A DNA stretch of 64,000 nucleotides from Camelus dromedarius (lineage: Eukaryota), in assembly GCF_036321535.1 (NCBI RefSeq), contig NC_087436.1, forward strand, positions 23,686,001-23,750,000, in the 5' to 3' direction. The notes below the pieces were generated by a model. It was not told the origin of the DNA. It saw nothing but the letters and a program-made list of their open reading frames with translations, and did no database searches. This document shows, in pieces, positions 52,701 to 64,000 of this stretch. Made by a program: the position numbers and the translations under genes. Each line of letters begins with the position of its first letter. Positions within the stretch are counted from its first letter, which is position 1.

Positions 52701-52853
52701 CAACTGATAAAATTCCTGTGATTTTAGACACCTTTCCAGGTACTCAGTACATTTTTGCTAAGTGAAGTAAATGACTAGCTCTTGTGCCTGGATTACCGAG
52801 AATAGTTTTCCTTGATTTAAGGAGAACTTCTTAGTGAAGTGATGTTTAAGATA

Positions 52854-52854
<1 letters not shown>

Positions 52855-52917
<63 letters not shown>
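52855..52917. repeat. (ATT)21 perfect trinucleotide microsatellite
   Basis: Directly visible; explains the poly-Ile ORF. Confidence 0.97.
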
Positions 52918-52920
<3 letters not shown>

Positions 52921-55046
52921 GTACTTGTTACGGTTGAGTAAGAGAGTTCACTCATATAAAGAATCTTAAACATTGATCAGATTGGTTGATTGAGGACAAA
53001 AAAAACTTTATAGGAAAAGAATGGCTTGCTACCCAGAATAAGAGACCAAGGAAAAGGCTGGGAGAATGCACTCTCTCTACACTGAACCGTGGCACAGACT
53101 GGGGAAGTGGGTCAGGATTGGCACCACGTGTGATGGAAGGGCTGAGGGAAAGCTTTTTCTGAAAAAAAAGTGAGACAGCTCAGCTGCAGAATGAGGCCTG
53201 GGTCCCCAGGGGTTGTTGGTTCCTCACTCTGGTCCTCTCTGTGTCTTCCTGGCAATTCCCAGTTAACAAACCAAAATTCTAGTGACTAAAATGCACATTA
53301 CACGTGAACCACCATGGGCTGCCTGATGTTCTATCCCAGCATTAGGTGTTGTCAGACTTGAGCAGAGAGATGCCAGTATCTGTACATTGGTGCCATACAG
53401 GCTGGATTTGGGCTATCTATCAAAGTATTATAATAAGAACTTAAACTCACAGGAATAACTACCATCCAGTCACAGTTTGGAAGGTATTAGCATTTTATGG
53501 AAAGATGAATGTTTTAGATATTCAGAGAACTCAAGATTAAGACAAATATACAAATGATAATTTATGAACATTTTCACAGTCCCCTTTCTATCACATCCAT
53601 TGGTAAAGAGTTTGTGCCGTGGGGAATCATACAGGTGGATCTATACCCCTGTGAATGCTGGCAGGAATGTGTGTTCTATGGCAAAGAGTCAGTTGTGTAT
53701 CAGGTTAATGTGTGTGTGTGTGTGTAAAGGTTATTTACAGATGTAGATCCATCTCATTTTTCCATTCTCATCAATTTTATTTGCTTATTAGAGTAAGACA
53801 CATTGAGATTATCTGGAAGATGAACTATGTATATTCAGTATCTGAAAATCAATATAAAGGCAGGCTTTTAACTTGTGGTGGAAAAAAGGATGAGATTTGT
53901 CGTTTGCTTTTTCGTCTCTTATCTGCCCATAGTTCCTTCAGGGACCATTGCCGTAAGGGAATGATAAGTGGTAAACTGTGTTTCTAATAAACCTACTTTA
54001 TTTGAAAAAATATTTGGTCAGAAAATGTTTGGTTCTCACCATGTGATATGATTCTGAAAGGTCAGCAACCTGTAAACACCATGTGAAAACATTTAAAAAA
54101 TATTCTAACTCTAGAGTAAATATCACAAATATTAATCCTAGACATTGGAATCTCTTTTCCCAGCAGTCCAAATTGACTTAACACCACCCAACAATGCCGT
54201 TTCTCACTGATGAAAAATTTTCTTTGACAGTAGGGTCAAATGAATGATTGTGATCTGCTGGATTACTGTGACCTGAAGGGCCATGTCCCTGAACAGGCAG
54301 GCTTTCTTAGAGATGTTAGTCAAAGAGCAGGGAAGCAGCGTTGGTGGATGGAAGCTGGTGGCTTCTCTGGGGTGGTGTGGGAGAGGCACAGGTCGGGAAC
54401 TGGAGTCTGGGAATATTAGTATTTTCCTCCAACTTTCCCAGTTAGCTGTTGCTGGAAGAGTGTGATCAGCCTGGTCTTCCAAGGCTGTCCCAGGCTGATG
54501 GCTTTAGAATATAAGCTGATCATCCTTCTGTCCCTTTTGTTCCAAAGAGCTGAATTTAAAATCGGTGGGAAGGCAAAAGTGACTGACACTGGAGCCCTTT
54601 ATCCACTGTGATTTCTTTTTCCTCTTTCTTTCTAGATCTCTGAGGCTTCCCTGCCCTGCCCCCAAATGTAATGAAATACAGAAGCATTTCCTGCTCTCCC
54701 TTTGCCTCATTTTCCATATCCTTATTATTTTCGCTACTAGGAATTAGAATTAGGAAGAATCCCAGGAAGTGAAGGCTGTAATGATGATGATTTCTAAGAA
54801 AAACCAGCCTTGTTTTCTTTTGAGATTTTCTTTTGCTCTTTAAATGAGTGTCAACAATTTTCTCAAGTTGGTGGTAGATTTTTAGCTACTGTGAAGTCTC
54901 TTCACCCTTTATTACATCTCATCTTTTTTTTCAAATGTTAACTTTTTTTTTCTACGGAGATTAGCATTCTCTTCAGTGGAAATTTATGAGCAACGTTATT
55001 TAAACAAAATGCAGATGAGCGATCCCTGTGTTTTCCTTTTGTAACA

Positions 55047-55060
55047 GTTGCCCCAGCAAC
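55047..55060. promoter_or_regulatory. RFX X-box motif
   Basis: GTTGCCCCAGCAAC fits GTTGCC-NN-RGCAAC; an extra half-site gggcaac follows. Confidence 0.4.
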
Positions 55061-55199
55061 ATATAGGGCAACATCCTGTGTTATAGGGTATGTAAGCTTC
55101 AGTTTCCTTTTCAAAATTATAACTCATCTCTACCCCATCATATCACCGATATTATGGGGCTTTTTATCCTTTCTCAGGTGTAACCAAGTTTATATTCAT

Positions 55200-55320
55200 G
55201 TGTATACAGTACCTGCCTCAGGGGGTTGTTGGGAGGCTTAAATAAGTTAATATATGCAAAGCACTTAGAATAGTGTCTGGCAGAGGGTAAGACAGATGTA
55301 CGTATTTGCTCTTATTCTTA
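55200..55320 (+). mobile_element. MIR 3' half
   Basis: agtacctgcctcagggggttgttgggaggcttaaataagttaatatatgcaaagcacttagaatagtgtctggca. Confidence 0.85.
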
Positions 55321-55780
55321 CTACCTGTTTTATTGTATTAACTTGATAGAAGAATATAGAATGTCATTTTCAATTCATCACCAGCTATGGTTGGATACAA
55401 AGTTGGCCCGGAAATTGTTTGCCTGTTAGAGGTCAACAGAAGTACTTCCATTAGGTGTTGTTCACACGAATACCAATCAGGAGAGGGGAGGGCCACAGGT
55501 CCTCCTCCTTCCTCTCTTCTTCTCCCTGTTGGCACCTTAGAATTAAGAGCGAGGCAGAAGAATATTTTTTGATGCCTCATTTGCTCTGATTAAAAAAAAA
55601 AAAGTCAGCTTATTTTATAAAGTCCACTTAAACTTGGAAAACCCTTGCATGGCACGTGATCTCAAGTGGCAGCCTCTAAGCAAAAGATGGAGTAAACAAC
55701 CCCTAAAATTCAAGGTCAGGTGACTAAATAATGACTGTTTACCCACCTGCTGCTTTAAAACTGACCTGTGTTTCCCACAG

Positions 55781-55866
55781 GATGTCTTGAGGTTGAATTA
55801 TGTCACAGCAGTAACATCTTTAACACGGTAGGGCGAGCTGATTTGAGAGAGATCAGATTTCATCAG
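55781..55866 (+). other. Candidate internal exon (86 nt), probably non-coding / 5'-UTR
   Basis: ctgac branch-like motif at 55761, tttcccacag acceptor ending 55780, consensus CAG|GTGAGT donor at 55867; no recognisable repeat nearby. Confidence 0.55.
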
Positions 55867-56939
55867 GTGAGTGACAAGTCTTCAACTCCCTCTTGCAGTG
55901 TATAGAAACAATCAAACATTAAATGCATTTTATTGCAGACTGTTTGACTCACGTGTGCACGTTAAAAATTTTTTTTCAAAGACCTGTGAAATAGGAGCGT
56001 ATCTCCCTATGAATGGTTAGAGCGCTCATTACTAAAATTCATCTCCAGAATGTATGTTTTTCTGTTTTCTCTAATCTCCTTTTGGGAGAATGGAGGGTGG
56101 GTGGAAATCAATTTTTCCAGCTAGAGCCACATGTTTCCATGAGGAGGGAGGGGAGAGGGTTCATTTTAATTTGTTGTCTGATGGCATTGAAATATTTTTT
56201 CCCAATCTGTTGTTATTTAAAAGAGCAAACGCTATTCCTGCCATCAGCTGTTACCTGGTGTGTTATTTAGCAAGTGCTTTGTTTGTAAACAGACAGTGGT
56301 TTTTGAAAGATCGAGTCCTGTGGTTAGGTGATCGTGTTTCCAGCCTCCTAGTGTGGCTGTTAAGCAGCTGCACTGTTTTCCTCTTTTTCATGTTTTAGTT
56401 TTAGATCTCAGTTCTGAGTTGATTTTTTTCCCTAATGTTTTCTAGGTTAAGGAAGATTTTACACACATTACTTGTGAAAGTCCCAGTTCTTTTTCTGTCA
56501 AGGATGACTAGGAATTTCTAGTGAATTAACCTGTTCCAGATATTTCTGGAGAAAGAGGAGAGATGAAATATTAAAAATTCTACTCCTCTGCATTGTCTGT
56601 CACTACAGCTAAACAGGACAAAGGGTGGTGACACCATTAAGTTAAGATTAATTTACAGGCATTAACAGCCCGTCTCCCAACCCCCGTTACACTTAGAACC
56701 ATAATTTCCCCGGTGTTCTTCAGAGGAGCACAGATTTGGACTACTTTGCTGAACTTCTTTTTTCCTCTTAATTATTTATTTCACAAGCAATTCCCGACTC
56801 TTAAAGAAACCAAAATCATTGTTTGGATAATTGAAAATACAGATGTGTCTGGGGCATGTGGGGATGGAGAGGTGTTATTTCTTACCTTAAAAAAAACAAA
56901 AACAAAAACAAAAAAAACCCTAATTAAAACGGTAGAAAT

Positions 56940-57500
56940 CCTTTTAGCCAGGAAGTGACTGTGTAAGTCTCTCCGCAGTGGAGCAGCTGCTGGGAGCCCG
57001 TCAGCTGGCACTAAGCGAGCGGGTTCGCGGAGGGGGCTGCGCGGGGGGCTTCCCTGCCAGCCCCGCGCGCGCGCTCTGCGTTTGCTCTCAGCCTTCATTG
57101 TCTCCCTTCCGTCGCCTGGTGTTCTTTGTCTGCGGTGGGTAGCTCAGCTTGTGTCACACACTCCACTCCGTAGCCAGTCTCCCTCAGCCTCTGTTCATCC
57201 CATTTTCTTTCTTTCTCTTCCCGTTACTCCCCTCACCCCCCCACAACGGGTCCCTTCCTCCCTTTACTGGTTTTATGATTCAAGTGATTGGAGAGGATTT
57301 TAGTAAGTAAACGCTCAAAAAGTCCAGCCTCCAAAGAAGCAGGACACAAGATATGATGCCTTTAAAATTGACGGTTGTGCCTGTGTGGATTTGGGAGTTA
57401 TGTGTTCTTGATATAACAGTTTATGGTGAAAAATATATAAAGGGGTGGTGCTGGTCGTTAAATAGCACATCAGTAATAAGTAAAAGCACGAGGCTGGTGA
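56940..57500. promoter_or_regulatory. Small CpG-rich promoter-like element
   Basis: Densest CpG patch in the window by eye (~56960-57140), ETS CAGGAAGT 56949-56956, (CG)5 at 57064-57073, CTG|GTGAGT donor at 57497. Confidence 0.6.
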
Positions 57501-60160
57501 GTAACACCCCCTCCCCCAGTATTCTGGGGTACTGGGAGAACTGTCAGCATACCCTGGCTTCTGTGCCGTTGTTAATAAGAGATGAAATGTGCCAACAAAT
57601 GGATGGTGACTTTAAATAGCCAGGTACATGTTCAGAAAGTCTTCAGAAATAAGTACGCAGACCCGCGTCCTGGCTGGTGTAAAGCATTAACAGCGGCTTG
57701 GTGGGGCTTGACTCTAAAGAGCTCGCTTACAGACTCGATCTTGTCTTCTGCCCGTTACCTGCAGCTCACAATGCTTTTTAAGTGATTCTCTTGCTTGTGC
57801 TGAGGAGGAAAACAGCAAGGGGAGACAGGATGGGTTGACAAAGCTCTTAAAGCCATTTGTAATCGACACAAAAACTTTCCTTGGGGGAAACTTGAAGCAC
57901 GCCACATACAGAAATTCTATAAGCTGGGGCAGACTTAATTCAAGGAGCCAATTCCTTATTGTTAGAGATATGGAAAGTGAGCTGAGAAGATGCTTCAGGA
58001 CGCTTCCTAGGACACAGAGGCCACATGTGGCCACATTAGGCCTTGAATCTGGTGCTCTTTGAAGACTCTTTCAGAGGTATATGCTAGTATCTCGTCCCCT
58101 TTGAGAGATGTCACTGACAAAATATTATTCCCAAACACAGAGAAAGAGAGCATTGTCTGGAGTTAGCCCTCTATGGCAAAGCCAGTGAGATGAGACCCTG
58201 TGTTTCTCACAGCTCTTCTAAACTATTTGAGGTTAGTCACATTTGCCTTACAAACATCAGTCCCGTGGCCCCGGCCGTTCCAGAGTTCTTGTTTCTGCTT
58301 GTTTCCTGCACTGCCCCCTGACCTAGCTCCTACCCCTTGACAGCAACTAACACCTTTTCTCCTTATACCCAAGGTCTTGTCCTGTATTTTTCTTTCACTA
58401 GCTACTTCCCTCCCAGTGTATCCAGAACTCTGTCCAAGAGCTCCTCCTAAAATCTTCTCTTAGGTAACCCAGCCCTAACCCATGTTCCCAAAGAAGCAAT
58501 GCTAGCATCATTTCTAAATGTGCCCCAACCTAGTGTGGCAAGATCAAAACAGGGCAGGCCCAGGGGCAGGAGATCAAGTCCTGGCTAATGCCAACTTAAG
58601 AAAACCTATTAACTCCTGTGGACTCCCATGCAAAGTTCTTTCCAGCTCTAGAATCCTAAAGCCTCATAAAAATTTACAGAGAGGACTTTTGAGAAAGAGT
58701 TGGTCAGTCGAAGCATCAACGTAGTCAGATTGTGTTATTAAGCGCCCAGGCTCCTGGACATCCAGATCTTTTGTCCTACATTGGAGCTGGGTACTGTGTC
58801 CCTGCACTACTCTCCCAGTGCCTCCACGGAGCATCTCCACCTGGTTCTGCAGTGCTTGCTCAAGGGACCGCTGCTGCCAGGAGGACGGCTGGGACTTCTG
58901 CAGGACAAGGGATGCTGTATAATTGGAAGAGGAGTTCTAATACACACAAGTACTTCTCTGCCAAGACGGGTTGGGTATTTCTAGCAAGCAAATCAAGGGA
59001 TATGTGTAACCATGTCCATGCTATTTCGGTTTTCTATGCTGTGTGAATATTCTGACCCAACTCCAGAGTCTAAGTTCCCTATGGGCAGCCATGTGATGAC
59101 ACAGTGTTAGGGCTGCGTTGCAGCTTAATAAATAATTAATGATAATGACAACAGGTCCTGGGTCTTTGGAGTTGGAGTCTAGTATTTAGAACCTATAGTT
59201 CGGTGGAACTTGAAGTTTTAATGTCTTCTGAATATTTACAAATGCATCATGAAAATAAATTTGATAGGAAGTTGACTAATCTTACCCTTTCCCATTGTGA
59301 CTTATTAAAAATCATGATTTGTGTTTTCTGCTTCTACTTCTGCGTAAGTTTTCCCACTTCAGGCCTCAACTGAAATAAGTTTTCAGATTTTAAACTTATT
59401 CTGAATGTAATTAGAAGTCCAGCAGAAGAGATTTCAGGTAGAGAAAAAACAATCATGTTCATTTGAATGATTTTCATCTTACCATGTTGTGGAAAAGGCA
59501 TGGTAGTCCAAGTGTGACCTGGTTTTGTTGTTTCTTTGAAAAGGAAAATGGCTCCCAATGTAGACTGACAGTATCTTTTAAGTCCAGGATATGATTAAAT
59601 AGTGATAAACTTTTGTGAGGCAAATACAGATTTCATTATCCAAATAAATCCTCGTATATGGGGCAAGGCTTATTGTGGTGTCTGTAGAATTATCTGGATA
59701 AATTGGGAAACACTGTTGAGTTAATTAATACACAAAATAATACGTTTGATGAATCAAGAGGTTTGTATGTGTGTGTATGGATATGCAAATAGGTGAGAGT
59801 ATTCATCTGGCTTTTGTATTCAGCTGTAATTTTGACCCATTTCTTATAAGGACTTAGGATAGGGGGCAGCCCAGCTTTCTAGACACAACCCTGGACCAAC
59901 CTTAGCAACTTTGACTTGTCACTTAGCTACTTAAGAACTTTGAGAATATCTTTTTTCTTTCTTTCTTACCTTTTAAGCTCTTGGCTTTCCTTTCATTGGA
60001 ATTATATCTGCTCCCTACCTTTCTTAAATGAGTATTACAACAGTTATCAGCATACATGGGATAACATCCCCCATGAGAAAGCATTTGGAACCTTTAAGGT
60101 GGTTTCATTATAGAGAAGAAGCTCTGAAAAGGTGTTTTAACATGGTGAGAACTGGTTGTG

Positions 60161-60310
60161 CAGGGAGAGTAGAGCTCAGTGGTAGTGTGTGCTTAGCATG
60201 TATGAGGTCCTGGGTTCAATCCTAAGTACCTCCATTAAAATAAATAAGTAAATAAATAAACCTAATTACCTCCCCCCCCAAAAAAACACATAAAAATTAA
60301 AAAAAAATAC
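60161..60310 (+). mobile_element. Camelid-type tRNA-derived SINE, long form
   Basis: agctcagtggtag ... gcttagcatgtatgaggtcctgggttcaatcc ... tacctccattaaaataaat ... cctaattacctcccccccc + A tail; degenerate TSD aactggttgtg / aactgatggtg. Confidence 0.9.
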
Positions 60311-61579
60311 AAACTGATGGTGGCCAACACTGCAACCACTCATGGGGAAAATTGGAGTAGGATGTTACAAATTTAACAGACATCTAGTACATTCTGGGCT
60401 GAAACAGCAGAATCAATCTGTGTTTTGTTAGTTTATTTGAGATTTTGTTTTGTGATCATACATGCATTACATTGGAAGGGAAAGAAGACCAAGTATTTTA
60501 ATTCTTGGTTCTTTCTCCATTGAGGGCTGTTAACACAGCTGGGTCTTTGACGCAATCTCTTTTCTCTTCCCCACCACCATTCTTCGTTTTTAGGAACATT
60601 CTCAAACAGAAGTGTAGCTGGGATAAAGGTTTGGGTAACTGGCCCTACAGTTTGGTTTTGATGTAAGTAGAGAGAGATTGGGACATGGTGATTAAAGGAC
60701 AAGCATTCTGGTCTACTTTTCTGGTTGTTGTACCAATTTGTTACATGATCTCAGGCAAATATGTTTATGTTCCTTTAAGGGGCTGGTATTGAATTTAACT
60801 TCACCAGCTGTGGTGAGTTTTAGTTGAGGCTGGCAAAGCTCTTTTTATTCCCAGGTTGAATCATGCCATGGGAAGTGCTGTGTTGTTTTTTTATTTCAGA
60901 GACAGGGAATAGAGGTTACAGATCTTCTACTGCTTTGTTGGCTCTTTTTCTCTCATAATTTCAGACATATAGCAATAAAGCGCTGCTGAAAGTAATGAAC
61001 CGTCTTTATTGAGGTAAATGAAGATGACCGTGACAGTTTTAATATATTAATCAAGTAGTATTGCTGCTTAACATGAACATCTCCATCAGATGCTTCCTCG
61101 AGATTAAGTGGAAAACCCACTTTCAAGAAGAAGATCATGTTAAAAAGTAAAATGTAGCTATGGATGTTTTCGTGGGAGATATTTTTTAAGTAATCCTTAA
61201 TTATATCCTTACTGTAGCATTTGTTATAAATGACTGATGAAACATAGTAGACAGAAATACCGTAAAAATGGGAGAAAATAAGCCATTTCTCCTCAAGATG
61301 GAAATCCACATCACTGAGGCAAGGGTCATTTACTGAGTTCTGTATATCCAGAACTGGGACCCCAAATGGTTTGACTTGAATCTTTAATTTACCAGTAGTG
61401 TTTTTATTCTGCAGTTTCAAGTTGGCCCTTATTCACTTGAAAAGATAAATGCTTTATCAGACCTACAAAGAACTGTATAACATTTGACACTATAAAAATC
61501 ATATTGGATGGGATATAAATAATCTGAGTACCAAGTTTCTGTGTAGTATCCACAGCATTTAAAAATAAATCCTGGGGTG

Positions 61580-63612
61580 GGACTTCTGGCAATGCCAAAT
61601 CAGAAGGTCAACAAATCCTCTTCTTAAAAAAGCAAGTATCAAATTGGACAAAATGAACAAAAACAATCATTTCAGTGCTCTGGGAGTTGAATAAAAGCAT
61701 AAAACCATCTGAGAAATGTTTATACTAGAAAAACTGTTGAACTTCTGTTAAGAATAGTGGGAGTTTGTGGGACTCTTGCCTGGGGCTGCACCCATCCCTT
61801 ACTCAGTTGTCATGGAGGTTCTGGTAGTGGGGAGACCACAGTCCATCAGAGCTAGCAGGCTGGTGCTGCTGTCAAAGAGAACTCCATTTGGAATGGTGGG
61901 CAACACTCATGACCAGCAGCATTGTCAGTGGACATAGTGATCTTGGTGGCTGGGGGTTGGGGAGGGCCAATGGCTCTGTTATCCTGAGGTTGTAGACATG
62001 GTTGCAGTAAGCATATTTCTAAATGAGGCTGCCCACATATGCAGCAGACAACAGAGGGCCAAGCTATCTGTGCATTTCTGGCCAATTCTGAGGCTGAGCA
62101 CATGCATAGAGGAACCGTGGAAGGGCCCAGTAGAGAGCCAAAGCTGAGACCCACTTGCCAATGACCTGAACTTTGAGCATGCTCCTCTATCCACAGACAG
62201 ATCCATCTGCAGAGAGTTGGAAGTCTTACTGGCTTAGGGTATTTGATCATGGTGTCTGTCAAATCATTGGCCAACCATTAAGCTACGCAGACACTGGGGT
62301 GATAACAAGGAAACCAGGATTACAAATAAAAACAAGAATTTAAAAAAGAAAATAAAACAGAGAGGAGACATCAGTGGCCTCACCACTTCAGAGATGGTAG
62401 GTTTCATGGAATTAATCCAGTCAAATTACTAAACAACTCAAGAAATAAACAGAAACAGAAACAAAAAAAACCTTCAGGGGGAAAATATAATAATACAGAA
62501 TTGCTACAATATATCCATCCTGAATGTTCATTTTCAACAAAATATTATGGGATATGCAAAGAAGAGAGTGTGACCTATACTCAGGAATACAAGGAGTCCA
62601 TAGGAACTGTGTCCCATTAATGTAAAGTTGGTTTAACATCTGGAAATTAATTAATGTAATATACCGTATCAATAGAATAAAGACAAAAAACATATTTCAC
62701 CTCAGTAGGTACAGAAAAAGCATTTGAAAAAACCCATTAGCCAACCACGATAAGAACTCTCAACCAACTAGGAACAGAAGAGAACTTCTTCAACCTGCCG
62801 AAGGGCACCTCCAGAAACCTATAGGTGATAACATTGTACAGGATGGTGAAAGATGAGATGCTTTTCCACTAAGATAGGAAACAAGGCAAGGATGTTTGCT
62901 CTTGCCACTTCTATTCAGTATTATACTGGAAGTTCTAGACAATGCAAGGCAAAAAGAAAAGAATCAAGAATGGAAAGTTTATTTGCAGATGACTTGATCT
63001 TGTATGTAGAAAAATCCACTCCCAAAAACTATTAGAACTTCTAAATGAGTTCAACAAGGTTGCAGGGTACAAGATTAATATACAAAAAAACCATTCAACT
63101 TCTCTTATAAGCAAGCAGCAAACAATCTTAAAATTAAATTAATTGATACTATTCCAAAAATGTATCAATAAATGGAAAGCCTTAGAAATATAGCTAATGG
63201 AAGTATAAGACTTGTACACTGGAAGCTATAAAATGTGGCTGAAAGAAATTAAAGGTTTTCATAAATGAAGAGACAGTCCAGTTCTTACATTGGAGAAGTA
63301 AATATTGTCAAGATGGCAGTTCTCCCAAATTGATCTATAATTTCAATGCAATTCCTATATGAAAATCCCAGCTAGATTTTTTTTTTGTAGAAATTAACAG
63401 GTTGGCTCTCAAATTTATAGGGAAGTGCAGTGGACCTAAAATAGCTAAAAGAGTTTTGAAAAAGATAAAACAAAGCTGGAGGATTTACTCTACTCTACAT
63501 AGTATTTCAAAATGTACTTTTATAAAGTCAGAATATTGAAGAAGATGTGTTATTGGTGCAAGGAGAGGCATATGGAACAGAGTTGAGAATCCAGAAATAA
63601 ACCCTTACATTT
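61580..63612 (+). mobile_element. Old L1M element: 5' region joined to ORF2 RT segment
   Basis: L1M 5'-end-like sequence 61580-62610; from ~62620 the sequence follows L1 ORF2 (GWFNI...EKAF motif), and the ORF track gives SLFADDLILYVE. Confidence 0.85.
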
Positions 63613-64000
63613 TAAACCTCCATTAATATTATTTTCAAGGACAAGATTAATGTTGTAAATATGTGTTGACTGATATTAATATTATTACTTAAAGCTAGTA
63701 AATATTATTCTTACTATACACATATCTTTTTAGCACCTGTGATTCACAATCATTAGAAATAAGGTAGTGACCAGATTTTATTACATGTGATTTTTAAGTC
63801 TGTCTAGGTGGGTAAACACTAAGATTTCTGAGTAGAGTGGGGTTAGTTACTCATATAACTTTAGAAGCTGTAGTCAGTAGTTTTAAGACTCTGAAAAGTG
63901 TGAAAAAGTGAAAAAAAAATTTAAATTACTTCATGTTAGAGCAAAATAATTAACATCTAATTCTATCCTGTAGATTTTCTTAGTCCTCATTTTTTCTTTT

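Noticed and set aside
57752..57766. ccgttacctgcagct, recalling (from memory) the 5' part of an amniote intronic hammerhead ribozyme
   Set aside because: The catalytic CUGANGA and GAAA core does not follow
58019..58032. Perfect 14-bp palindrome ggccacatgtggcc
   Set aside because: A few palindromes of this length are expected by chance in 64 kb
60953..61420. 155-aa minus-strand ORF
   Set aside because: No recognisable motif, and the start is not ATG-supported
1..64000. Host gene name, CRISPR array or prokaryotic-type system
   Set aside because: No coding exon to anchor a gene name, no regularly spaced direct repeats, and the repeat content is mammalian

Overview
Mammalian genomic DNA, most likely a camelid (alpaca/llama/camel). 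The evidence is two copies of a short tRNA-derived SINE of the camelid type (8.4 kb, 60.2 kb) and three copies of a cetartiodactyl-type L1 3' end. I can support no protein-coding exon; the only recognisable peptides in the ORF track are decayed L1 ORF2 pieces. The window looks like intron or 5'-UTR territory of a large gene I cannot name. It is probably transcribed on the + strand (long T-runs, a slight excess of minus-strand L1s, best exon-like segments on +), but this is weak inference. It contains many old repeats (MIR, L2, CR1/L3, L1M, MLT1, MER5A, MER58, Tigger2-type MITE), microsatellites, two promoter-like regions (~15.1-15.8 kb, ~56.9-57.5 kb) and three short exon-like segments. There is no CRISPR array, rRNA or true tRNA, and I found no convincing novel system. 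The best leads are a tandem double hairpin at 16.14-16.29 kb, a ~90-nt hairpin at 12.5 kb, a -/+/- triplet of similar L1 3' ends that could form alternative dsRNA pairings, and a still-readable CR1 reverse-transcriptase fossil. Repeat subfamily names come from remembered consensus sequences, boundaries are approximate, and all need RepeatMasker/Dfam confirmation.
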